From Candidatus Krumholzibacteriota bacterium (GTDB lineage: Bacteria; Krumholzibacteriota; Krumholzibacteriia; JAJRXK01): DNA of 64,000 nucleotides. The notes under the pieces were generated by a model. That model was not told the origin of the DNA and did not search any database. It saw only the letters and a list, made by a program, of their open reading frames with translations. Within the stretch, counting starts at the first letter, position 1, and each line of letters starts with the position of its first letter. This document shows positions 31,763-41,552 of the stretch, one piece after another. The stretch spans positions 96,001 through 160,000 of the forward strand of contig CAVXTH010000001.1 of assembly GCA_963764625.1 (NCBI GenBank), written 5' to 3'. The position numbers and the translations under genes were made by a program.

Positions 31763-33704
31763 TTACTTCAACAGAGTGACTTTTTGGACCACGCTCGATT
31801 CGCTCTCGAAACGCAGGCGGACGTAGTAGACACCACTACCCACCGTCGCTCCGGAACTGTCTCGACCGTTCCACGTGCGGGTCTGGTCTCCAGCATCGAG
31901 GACGCCGTTGGCGAGCGTCGTGACCCTCTCTCCCTTGACGTTGAAGATGGCGAGTTCAGCCAATCCCTTCCGGGGCAGTTTGAATTCGATCTTCGTCATC
32001 GGGTTGAAGGGGTTGGGATAGATGCTCGTCAACGCAGCGCGGCGAGTCGAGGGTGCACCACTCTCGACTCCGGTCGCGAAGAGCTGGAAGTCGTTGTCGT
32101 CGCGCAACGCGATCGCGTTGCCGCCAAATCGCACGTCGAGTAGACCGGTCGCGATCTGGGTCTCGTTCGGCAGGGGCGCGATGGAAACCGCGGTCATTGG
32201 GTTGGCCCGCAGGAGGCTGTCGCTGACCGTGTCCTGCAGGTAGTAGTTGTCGGTGGCCGCGATAGTGTCGACGACCGTCGATATGAAGGTGCGGACGATC
32301 ACGTCCTCCAGCGCCTCCGTGGTGTCCAGGTCGGTACTGGTGAACGCAAGGATCGGAGGAAGCGGGTTGCCGAAGCTGAGCACCTGGACCGCGTCAAACC
32401 GCGGGGGGTTGATCTCGGTGCCGGTGTCAAACTCGCTGATGGTTCCGGAGATTCGCACCTTGTCACCGCGGAGGAGCACGTTGCCCCCCGAGCTCTCGTA
32501 GACAAAAATCCCGCTCCAGGGACCACCTGCGGGATCTTCGATGACGTACTGGCTGCCCGGGGAGTTCAATTCGCCCGGCGCACCGGTCACGATTCCCTCC
32601 ACGTTGACCAGCTGGCCCGCGTAGGTGCTCCCGTTGAAAGCGTCCACGCTGGACTGGATGTCGATGATGGAGGTGGTGCCCACGGCAACTTGCAGACTGG
32701 ACGTCGGTGCGCTGCCCGGTACGGTCGTGGTCTGGGCGCTGTTGTCCGTGGCTTCGATGTAGTACTCCATCGAGGCCATCGTGGTGCCGGGAATGGTGGC
32801 TTCGTAGGTGTCCCAATCGTGTTGGTCATCGCCACCGAAGTGAAGCTCCCGCTTCCGCCGTAGGCGTAGTACAGAGTGGCCGCGGTGATGCTGCCGTTAT
32901 CGGTGATGGTGGCCGAAACGGTGACCGCCTCGTTCAGTTCAGGACCCCAAGGCGTGGGGGTGATGGTGTCCACCACCGGGAAGGGATCGCCCGGGTTCTT
33001 CACCAGGTCGGTCTGGTAACGCGGCTTCAGCTCGATGAGGCCGCTGAAGGGCGACAGGATTCCGGTGACCTGGAAAAGATCGCCATTGCCCATCGAGGAG
33101 GTTTCGATGCCGGTCGTCCGGTCGACGAAGACGATGAGGGTATCGCCGGAAACGTCGGTCAGACCCACCGTACCCTGACCCGTACCGTGGGCCACGGCGG
33201 AGCCTCGACCCCGGGCAGATAGGCGATGTTGCCGGTAACCGAGGCAAGCCAGCCGATCACTTCGTAGTCTGCCGCGGTCTGGGTGCCGCTACCGTCGTTG
33301 TCCACCGCTTCAGACACGGTGTAGACCTGCGGCGCAGGCACCGTCGCCAAGTCGAGGAAGGTGAGGGTGAGAACCCCGGTGGTCCCCAAGTCGATCTCGC
33401 TGCCGTTGAACGAACCGGGCTCACCGGTGACCTCGACTGAGTCACCGAACGCGAATCCGGAACTAGTGTTGAAGAAGGTGATCCCACCGGTGGGATCCTG
33501 CACGTAGGTGCCACCGCTGTTGAGAACTCCGGGTGGCATGGTGATGACGCCACGCACGGTGACGGGCGTTCCAGTCAGCGGTGAGGCCGGGGCGCCGGTG
33601 GCGTCGTAGGCCTGGATGTCATCGATGTTGGTGATTTGGGCGAATGCGGTGCCCGTAAGGCAGAGGAGCGCGCAGAGCGCGACTGCCAGCGTCGTTCGCA
33701 ACAT
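31763..33704 (-). CDS. Secreted multi-OB-fold protein with FlgD-Ig/T9SS-like CTD, 2 indels
   Basis: Signal peptide; repeated IDDIQ...GTPVTVRGVIT / GQLVNVEGIVT, YVQD..GGI, GDSVEVTG, ELKPRYQTDL; CTD IYPNPFNP...WNGRD...SGVYY; RBS GGAGG. Confidence 0.8.
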
Positions 33705-33865
33705 TCTCGTGATGCCTCCTGCGATGAATCGTATGAGCTAGACCTTGAGAGAGTGAAGCGGTGGCTTCAAACCCGCGAACTTCGAGTGAGTGGACGCCAA
33801 CACGCGGATGGACGCAAACTCCAGCCGTCGCGAACCCTGATGCGTCCCGCTGGGAAATCGAGGGC

Positions 33866-33895
33866 AGTATAGCACAAGAATTTGCCGCCACTCAA
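33866..33895 (-). promoter_or_regulatory. Sigma-70-type promoter for the OB-fold/FlgD gene
   Basis: TTGAGT-N18-TATACT with an extended -10 TG. Confidence 0.5.
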
Positions 33896-34047
33896 ACTCG
33901 CTTCGCCCGCGCCAAGCGCCCAAGCCCGTGCCGAGCGGGGTACGACCGCGGCGTGCGCGGCGGAAAGAAAATCGTAAGCCCTGCCAGGACACCGCCTTTC
34001 AAGGTCCTACGGAACTGCTCGTCCCGCTGCGGCTCAGAGGCCTAATT

Positions 34048-34567
34048 TCACCGGAACTTCACGACAACTCCATCCGGCGGCGCCGACCCCACCCCCACGA
34101 GGCACTTCCCCCCGGGCCCGCCGCGTGCGGTGGGCGTGCGCTCCCTCAGTCGCGCGAGTCGCCACTCTGTATCGCCCTGTGCAGGCGCTCCAAGCAGAAG
34201 TGGATTCTCCCGAACCAGGAGGTCTCGCAGATTCGCGGCCTTCAAAATCAGGACGCGGCTGGTCGGAGAGGGTTTCCGCGTAGCCTTCCGCTGCCGGTCC
34301 CTCCTCGCGCGCGCGTTGCCCGAAGAGGTCTCCCTCTTCGAGGATACCCGCCACGATTTCGTGTCCGTCGGGACCGAAGCGGCAGAGGCGAACTCGCCCC
34401 GCGCGCACCAGATAGGCCAGGGCACCCTCGTCGTCGGGACCGCAGAGGATCTGTCCCCGGACGCAATCCCACGCCTCGCCCGCTTGCAGCAGCCGCCGCC
34501 ACGCGCTGTCCTTCAGTTGATGGACGAGCGGCCGGTGCTTCAACAGCCAAATCCTGCTCTGGTTCAT
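34048..34567 (-). CDS. cNMP-binding (Crp/Fnr-like) domain protein, frameshifted
   Basis: YLVRAGRVRLCRFGPDGHEIVAGILEEGDLFG...YAETL; no clear HTH. Confidence 0.65.
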
Positions 34568-34676
34568 CGCTCTCCCGGCCGCGCTCCAACCTTTCGGGCC
34601 ATTGATCCTGACCATATCTTGGGCCCCAGAGAAGGCAAGAGGCGAGTTTTCAAAGCCGTGACGGCGGAGCGTTCGC

Positions 34677-35604
34677 ATGTTTCTTCCGCTCAAGGACCAC
34701 AACCCCGCCCATATCCGGCCGTACGTCACGGTTGGACTCATCGCGCTCAACTGCTTCGTCTTCCTCATCGAGCTCGGCCACGGCCCCAGTCTGCCGTACT
34801 TCATCGCCCGCTGGGGCGCCATCCCCTACGTCTACACCCACTTTGGACAGCTCGTCGCCGTCGGAAGCAATCTGCCGCTGACGACCGGTCCCTCGCCGTT
34901 CTGGATCACCGGCTTCACCAGCATGTTTCTCCACGGCGGTTGGGCGCACCTTCTGTTCAACATGCTCTTTCTGTGGATCTTCGGGAACAACGTGGAAGAT
35001 TTTCTGGGCCATGTCCGCTACCTTGTCTTCTATCTCGTCACCGGGACTCCTCGGGCTCTTCACCCATGTTCTTCTGAACCCCGCCTCCACCCTCCCGGTG
35101 ATCGGCGCCAGCGGCGCGATCAGCGGAGTGCTGGGCGCGTACATGGTCCTCTATCCGCGCGCGCGGGTGACCACCCTGGTCTTCTTGATCTTCTTCGTCA
35201 CCTTCATCGAGGTGCCCGCGGTCGTGCTTTTGGGCTTCTGGATCTTCCTGCAGCTCTTTTCGGGCCTGGGAAGTCTGGGACACGGTGGGGGCGGCACCGC
35301 CCACTGGGCGCACGTCGGCGGGTTCGTGTCCGGCTATCTCATTCTCCGCTTCTGGTTGGCCAAGGATGCGCTGGACCAGCGGCCGCGCGGCGCCTGGGCC
35401 CCCGCGGGAGCGCCCGGCGGCGCAGCAGCGGGCGCACGAGCGAAGGCGGCTGCAGGCGAGCGGGAAGGACCAGTACCGCCGGGCTTCTCATCGCCGCGCG
35501 AGGACTACCCACCACCGCCTCCCAAGGTGGGGCATCACTTCGGCGGAGATCCCATCAGCAATTTTCTCGAGGAAGCCCAGCGCGACCGCGAGGACGACGC
35601 CTAG
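34677..35604 (+). CDS. Rhomboid intramembrane serine protease with Pro-rich C-terminal tail; indel near 35045
   Basis: FLHGGWAHLLFNML, GASGAI (Ser), AHWAHVGG (His). Confidence 0.9.
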
Positions 35605-35623
35605 GCGATACGCCGCGAGTGGA

Positions 35624-37054
35624 TCAGCGCTTCCGCAGAAGCCGCAGCGCCTCCTGCAATTCCCGCAGACCATTCACGCGCAGCACGGTCAAGACCACAA
35701 GCCAGGTGAGCGCGCTCGCGCTCGCCCGCACCCAGAGCGCCCGCTCCTTCAGCAGCACGGTGACCGCGATCGCAGCCGCCAGCGCCAGGAGGGCTCCCCC
35801 GGCCGAGGTCCACACCGGCACCCGGAATCCCGCCCGCCGCGCGTAGAAAAAATAGAGGGCGAGAGTCAGTCCGTAACTGACCAGGGTCGCCACCGCCGCT
35901 CCCTCGATTCCCATCCGGGGAATGAGAAGCGCGTTGAGAATCACGTTGGCCACGATGCCCAAAGCGCCGATGGGAAGGAGATCGCGCTCGCGATCGGCCG
36001 CGAAGAGCAGACGCACCATCATGTGACAGCCGGCCTGCAGAGCGATCGCCCAGGCCAGAATTCGCAGCGCTCCCACCGCGGGCGCAAACGCATCGCCCGC
36101 CATCACGCGCACGATGAGGGGCGCGAAGATCCACACCGTGATCGCCAGGGCGGAGCAGAAGACCAGGGTGACGCGCGTGCCGCCGGTGATCAAGCTGACG
36201 GCGGGCGCTTCGCCCTTCTCGCACGCCAATCGTAATTGAGGATAGACCGCGGTGGCGAGGATGCGCGGGGCGAGCACCACTACGTCGATCACCCTCACCG
36301 CCACTCCGTAATAGCCCCAATACCGCGCGTCCACCATCCGGCTCAGCATGAGAATGTCGATGCGGTGAAAGAGCAGACTCAGCACGGTAGCGCCCATCAG
36401 GGGGACCGCGGCTCGCATCAGGCGCCGCACTTCGTCGTTCTCCACTTCCCGCACCGAGAGCCGACCGAAGTTTCTTCGCAGGAAGGTGGTGCCCACCAAG
36501 GTGCGCACCAGACAGCCGAGGGCGATACCGGTGACGAAGCCCAGAATGCCCAGACCCAATAGCAGCGCGGCGGTGGCGAACACGAAGATGCTGGCCGAGG
36601 AGACCAGCATCGTCCGCGTGATGTAGTCCATGCGCTGCGCGCCCTGGAACACTGCGTCGGCGATGTCGCTGATGTTTTCCAGGAAGACGATGGTCCCCAG
36701 AATGAGAACCACCTGCAGAACCGGGGTCGGGTAATGCAGCTTCCACACTGCGAGAAGCACCAGACCGTAGGCGACGGCAGAGAGCAGACTCTTCACCGCG
36801 GCCGCGGCCGAAGCCACTCGGGTGGTGTCTCTCAGATCGTCCGCGACTTCCCGCGTGACCAGGTAGTCCAGTCCACCCCCGGCCAGCACCCGGCCGACTT
36901 CGATGAATGTATTGCCGGCAGTGTACAGACCGTATCCCGCCGCGCCGAGGATGCGCGTGGCGAACATGGTCAAAAGGATGCTGAAGAATTTCGACGCGCC
37001 GTGGGCGAGACTCAAGAATGCGGTGTTGCGCGCGATGCGCCCTCGGTCTGCCAT
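35624..37054 (-). CDS. Wzx-like polysaccharide flippase (MOP superfamily)
   Basis: IARNT start, TRILG..GYG, RIDILML, GYYGVA, LIPRMGIEGAAVAT; about 14 TMs. Confidence 0.85.
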   Translation of the reverse strand: MADRGRIARNTAFLSLAHGASKFFSILLTMFATRILGAAGYGLYTAGNTFIEVGRVLAGGGLDYLVTREVADDLRDTTRVASAAAAVKSLLSAVAYGLVLLAVWKLHYPTPVLQVVLILGTIVFLENISDIADAVFQGAQRMDYITRTMLVSSASIFVFATAALLLGLGILGFVTGIALGCLVRTLVGTTFLRRNFGRLSVREVENDEVRRLMRAAVPLMGATVLSLLFHRIDILMLSRMVDARYWGYYGVAVRVIDVVVLAPRILATAVYPQLRLACEKGEAPAVSLITGGTRVTLVFCSALAITVWIFAPLIVRVMAGDAFAPAVGALRILAWAIALQAGCHMMVRLLFAADRERDLLPIGALGIVANVILNALLIPRMGIEGAAVATLVSYGLTLALYFFYARRAGFRVPVWTSAGGALLALAAAIAVTVLLKERALWVRASASALTWLVVLTVLRVNGLRELQEALRLLRKR

Positions 37055-37064
37055 GGGTCCTCGT

Positions 37065-38816
37065 TCAGAAGGCCTGCCCGACCCCGATGCTCACGACCGG
37101 TGCGGATCGATGGGTTGAATACAGCACCGGCCAGGCGAAGTCTACACGGAGTGGCGCGTTGAGCGAGGCTCGATCCATGCCCAAACGAAACCCGAACCCC
37201 AGGGCCCCGCGCATGTCACTCAAAAGTAAATTGTGCTCGTCCTCGAACCAGGCGGTGCCGAAGTCGGCGAACGCCGCCAGGCCGGGCGTCACCAGGTTCC
37301 CGAAACCCGTGCGGTATACCCAACGCATCTCCATATTGGCGCGCAAGAGGCGATCACCCGCGTATTCGCTCGGCCGGGCCGAACGCAGCCCGCTGTCGAT
37401 GCCCAGAGTATAGACCGAGTTCCGGTCGAGGTTGCTGCCGGTCGCCCCCAACACCGAGCCCGCGACGCTGAAGGCGTCGGAAAAGTACTGGTTCACCCAC
37501 GCTTGCCCTTTCACCCGCATGTTGGGATCGCTACCGGCGGCCGTGTGTCCGGTGGCGGCCGCCTCGAGTCGGATCACGGTTCCCCCGTGGACGATGTTCC
37601 AGTGCTCCTGGCCGAAGAACCAGGTGCCGCTGAAACTGCTGCCCAGACCGCTGCTGATCCAGCCCAAAGCGGCCGAGACCTGATGCCCCTCGGCGATGTC
37701 CTCCCTCTGGCCCATGCGATCCAGGTAGCGCCGGGAGGCATAGTGCAGAGGCGTGCGCTCTAGGCTCATGATGGGTCCGTAAACATCGCGGTTCTCGGCG
37801 AAGTTTCCGTCGAGATCGATCGTATCCCCCGTATCCCCCGCGGGATCGTAGAGGGGAGCCTCGAGCAACGGGCTGAAGCGCTGGACTTCCACCCGAAACC
37901 CCAGGCCGAGACGCAGCACACCCTCGCCCCATTCGCCCATTTTCCGCTGCAGCTCGAAGCGTCCCTGCGAAAAGTCACCGTGCGGGCGCACGTATTGATC
38001 TCCGGCCAGGTAGTAGCGGGGGGAGGTTCCCGCGTGGCGGTACTCGGCGCGCCAGGCCCAAGGGGATTCGAGCTGAAAGAAGGGGCGGTCGAGGTGCCAG
38101 GCGAACGCCCCCCCGTCGGAGGCGTCGCTGTAATCCAGGCCACCGTCCCATCTGCCCCCCAACAGGTGGCGGTCCTTGTATCCCAGCTCCCAACTGGTGC
38201 GATCGAGGTCCTCGTTGCGCGCGAGGGAGGCCTGCCTTCCCGTCCCGAAAAGATTCGACTCCATCGCGCGGAAGGAGAGCAGAGTGGTGTTCTCGAATTT
38301 CTCGAAGCGAAAGTCGAAGTTCGTGGTCCAAACTTCCCGCGTGTGCACGTAGAGGTCGACGCTATCGGGGGACACGTGCTCGGTCTCGAGACTGACCTCC
38401 ACCAGAAAACCGGTCGCCCGCAGCTTGCGCTCGCTCTCCTCCAGAAGCGCGGGGACCGCCCGGCCGCCCTGGCGCACCAGAAGTTCGCGCTGGATGGTCT
38501 GCTGGCGCGTGTCGACGTGAACCGCGTTCACCACCCCGAGGGGCAGCCAGGGCACGCGCGCACGGTCCTTCTGGGTGAAGATGGGTTCGCGCTCGAAGAT
38601 CACCCGGCGGATGTAGGGGGCGTCGTACGTCCCCGGCGGAACTTCGTCGCCGGCGCGGACCCCCACCGGACGGGCCGAGGTTCCCCCCACCACCAGCGCC
38701 ACCAGGGCCAGCAGGCGCACCACGCCCCGCGCGCACCGGCCCACAGCCCACCCTCGTGGGCTCAGCCTCGGACGACTCGAACCTGACATATCCGTCCAAA
38801 CATCACGAGATGTCAT
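37065..38816 (-). CDS. Omp85/BamA-TamA-family outer-membrane protein (1 POTRA)
   Basis: TRQQTIQRELL...LEESERKLR (POTRA), ESNLFGTG, GLRS, FADFGTAW, LRVDFAWP, terminal GQAF; start uncertain. Confidence 0.8.
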   Translation of the reverse strand: MTSRDVWTDMSGSSRPRLSPRGWAVGRCARGVVRLLALVALVVGGTSARPVGVRAGDEVPPGTYDAPYIRRVIFEREPIFTQKDRARVPWLPLGVVNAVHVDTRQQTIQRELLVRQGGRAVPALLEESERKLRATGFLVEVSLETEHVSPDSVDLYVHTREVWTTNFDFRFEKFENTTLLSFRAMESNLFGTGRQASLARNEDLDRTSWELGYKDRHLLGGRWDGGLDYSDASDGGAFAWHLDRPFFQLESPWAWRAEYRHAGTSPRYYLAGDQYVRPHGDFSQGRFELQRKMGEWGEGVLRLGLGFRVEVQRFSPLLEAPLYDPAGDTGDTIDLDGNFAENRDVYGPIMSLERTPLHYASRRYLDRMGQREDIAEGHQVSAALGWISSGLGSSFSGTWFFGQEHWNIVHGGTVIRLEAAATGHTAAGSDPNMRVKGQAWVNQYFSDAFSVAGSVLGATGSNLDRNSVYTLGIDSGLRSARPSEYAGDRLLRANMEMRWVYRTGFGNLVTPGLAAFADFGTAWFEDEHNLLLSDMRGALGFGFRLGMDRASLNAPLRVDFAWPVLYSTHRSAPVVSIGVGQAF

Positions 38817-38947
38817 GTCACATTGACAGTACGCGGGGGTCTCCTGTCAGCTCTCAACGGTGACGCGTCGCGAGCCGTTCCCGAGTTGGAGTCCTAAGTG
38901 AATGTAGAATAATCCCTTAGGAAATGGCAAGGAAAGCCTTTCCTGCT

Positions 38948-38963
38948 TGGCATTCGCTTTGAT
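38948..38963 (+). promoter_or_regulatory. Possible sigma-54 (-24/-12) promoter upstream of hsp20
   Basis: TGGCATT-CGCT-TTGAT versus consensus TGGCACG-N4-TTGCW; the -12 C is mismatched. Confidence 0.35.
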
Positions 38964-39041
38964 ATGGGAGCTGGGCGAACGCAGGACGAGACCCAACTCC
39001 CTCGCCCCGAAGGCGAGAGACGAGAGGAAAGGACAGATACC

Positions 39042-39458
39042 ATGCACAGCAAGATGTTGACTCCCTTTGATGCATTCGATGCCCTCTTCGACGGCCTGGG
39101 CCGCTATTCCCTGGCGGAGGAAGGCGAGACCCTTCTGACCCCCCGGGTGGACATCCACGAGGATGAAGCCCATTTCACGGTCGAGGTCGACCTTCCCGGC
39201 ATTCAGAAAGAGGATCTCAAGGTCGAGGTCGAGAACGGCACTCTCATCATCGACGCCGAACGCAGAGTGAAGGATACGCCCGAGAGCCGCAAGGCAGTCC
39301 GGATCGAGCGCGTCGCCCGCGCCCGCTACCGCCGAACTTTTTCGTTGGGCGATGAGATCGAAGGCGATCAGATCAAGGCCGAAATGCGCGACGGCGTGTT
39401 GAGCGTGACCCTGCCCAAGCGGGAGAAGGCTCTGCCGAAGCGAATCGAAGTCCAGTAG
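39042..39458 (+). CDS. Hsp20/alpha-crystallin small heat-shock protein
   Basis: PRVDIHE, DLPGI, YRRTFSL, AEMRDGVLSVTLPK; RBS AGGAAAGGA. Confidence 0.93.
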   Translation: MHSKMLTPFDAFDALFDGLGRYSLAEEGETLLTPRVDIHEDEAHFTVEVDLPGIQKEDLKVEVENGTLIIDAERRVKDTPESRKAVRIERVARARYRRTFSLGDEIEGDQIKAEMRDGVLSVTLPKREKALPKRIEVQ

Positions 39459-39496
39459 GACCGGCTTCGGAGAAAGACGAACAAGGATCGCGGCTG

Positions 39497-39526
39497 GGGT
39501 CCACCTCCACGAGGTGGGCCCTTTTT
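39497..39526 (+). terminator. Intrinsic terminator after hsp20
   Basis: GGGTCCACCTC-CAC-GAGGTGGGCCC followed by TTTTT. Confidence 0.8.
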
Positions 39527-39642
39527 CATTCTTCCTCAAGAGGGCGCGGGCGGGTGGAACGGAGATTGCCATCGGGGGGGTAGGGATCAGTAGAACCTTC
39601 CCTGCACCCAGAGGACACCCGTCGTAGCAACGAGGAAGCTTC

Positions 39643-40182
39643 ATGACCGATAGCGCAAGCCTCTACCCCTTCCATTTTGGCGAAGTTCTCAACGTCCTGC
39701 CTGAATATGAGGAATATCGCGACGCGGAGAGTTCGTACCGTGGCGAAGCGCCCTACCGCATGGCGGTGGGACGCCATGTGAAGGAATGGGGAGAGCGGCT
39801 CTTGGATCTCTCCGAGTTCCAGGGAAACATCCTGCCCCGCCGCGACCTCCGCGTGGTCGACCACATGGTGAGCACGGTCACCGACATCTTCGGCATCTTG
39901 AATTGCGGCGGTCAAATCCGCCGCTTTCCCGTCGAGCGCGCCACCCAGGACGAGCTGCGCGCGTGCGACGCGCGCGTGCTTCGCCTCCTGGAGGAGGAGA
40001 GCGAGCTCTTGGAAGGGATGCACCGCGCCGAATGGGCGGGGGAGTGGCTGGAGCACGACGCGCGCGAGTTCTACCGGAAGATGAGGAGTCTCAAGCGCGA
40101 GTTGCTCGATCGCAATCTGCTTTTGGGTCTTCGTGGCGCGGCCAAGACGGATCGCTCGCAACCGGGGTTGGACCTGTTCTAG
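39643..40182 (+). CDS. Hypothetical all-alpha protein (179 aa)
   Basis: RBS GAGGA; typical codon usage; fills the gap between hsp20 and the Omp85 gene. Confidence 0.7.
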   Translation: MTDSASLYPFHFGEVLNVLPEYEEYRDAESSYRGEAPYRMAVGRHVKEWGERLLDLSEFQGNILPRRDLRVVDHMVSTVTDIFGILNCGGQIRRFPVERATQDELRACDARVLRLLEEESELLEGMHRAEWAGEWLEHDAREFYRKMRSLKRELLDRNLLLGLRGAAKTDRSQPGLDLF

Positions 40183-40240
40183 CCGGAGTGAGAATCCCGT
40201 GCTTTCCGTCCGACGGGCTTCGGTGTAGCTTTTCTCCATC

Positions 40241-41513
40241 ATGAAAGTCCCATCCATCCCGCCCAAGGCCGGCTCGGTTCTCCTTTTACTGGGCCTGATG
40301 CTCGCCGGCGGGGGCGTGTCCTCCGCCCAGAATCCATTTTTGAAAGAGCAGGCGCCCCGGATCATCAAGAAGATCCACATCACGGGCAACGCACACACCA
40401 AGGAATACGTGATCCGGCGCGAGCTCGGCTTTCAGGAAGGCGACGCCTACGACGACGACGCCCTGAATGACGCGTGGTTCCGGCTGGAGCAACTCAACTT
40501 CATCGCCTACGTCGACATCCAGATCGAGAGAGAGGCTCCCGGCGAGATCACCTTGAACATCCAGGTCGAGGAGGACAACCGCTACGATTGGCGTCCCTAC
40601 GTGCACTGGGAACGACGCTTCGACTGGATCTACGGGCTCTCGGGACAGCTGATCAACTTCCGTGGGCGAGGGGAAACTCTGTGGGCGCGGGCCTACGCGG
40701 GGCACAAGCACCACGTGTCAGCGGGCTGGCAGAATCCGTGGATTTTCGGCCGCACCCACCTGGGGGTGGGGGTGAGCGGCTACTACGAGCGCTATCGCTT
40801 CGTGTACGAACCCTTCCGCTTCCGGGACACCGGCGCATCGCTCGACCTCTGGCGCGACGTGTCCAAGAATCTCCGAGTGATGGCCGGCTATACCTACCGG
40901 GACACCAAGATCAGCGAGTTCGATTCGACAGGAGCCGAACTCGGCGCCGCCGACCCCTATCTTCGGGGCGGCGTGGAATACGACAGCCGCGATCTGCGCT
41001 ACTTTCCCAGCCATGGCGTGCACGCCAAGGCAATTGACTACCGTCGGGGGCCTCTCCGGCGAGGTCTCGAGCTATTCCTACGTGGATCTCCTCTTGGCCG
41101 GATATCAGGCGGTACCGTACCTGGGCGTGTTGGCGTCGCGGGTGAGCTATCGGGGCACCGACGACTCCCTCCCGGTGTACGAGCGCAGTTACCTGGGTGG
41201 TCCCGAAGACATCCGCGGGGTCGAGTTCTCCAGCGTACGGGGCGACGAGAACTTCCTGGCCACGATCGAGATCAGGCATCCCGTCTTCCTGGTGCCGCTG
41301 CGCGACGGCCGGGCCGTGGGGCTGGGCTTCCACGCCTTCGTCGATTGGGGCACCGCCTGGGAGGCGGCCCAGAGCATCAAGGACGCGGACATGCGCCACT
41401 CGGGAGGAATCGGCCTCCATATCAATTTGAATACCTACAATCTACGCTTCGAGTGGGCGTTCAGTGATCACGACGGCAACAGCTTCATTTTCGCCGACCA
41501 ATTTACCTTTTGA
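40241..41513 (+). CDS. Omp85/BamA-TamA-family protein (1 POTRA); indel near 41035
   Basis: IHITGNAHTKEYVIRRELGF (POTRA), NFRGRG, YDSRD..YFP..G, LGGPEDIRG, FVDWGTAW, terminal FTF. Confidence 0.85.
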
Positions 41514-41552
41514 TCCAGACTTCCTTCCCCTCGGCCGAAAGGAGGTGCGGGC

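Noticed and set aside
38885-38965. CIRCE element upstream of hsp20
   Set aside because: Only isolated half-like sequences (GAGTCCTAA, TTGGCATTC) are present, in the wrong order and spacing for TTAGCACTC-N9-GAGTGCTAA.
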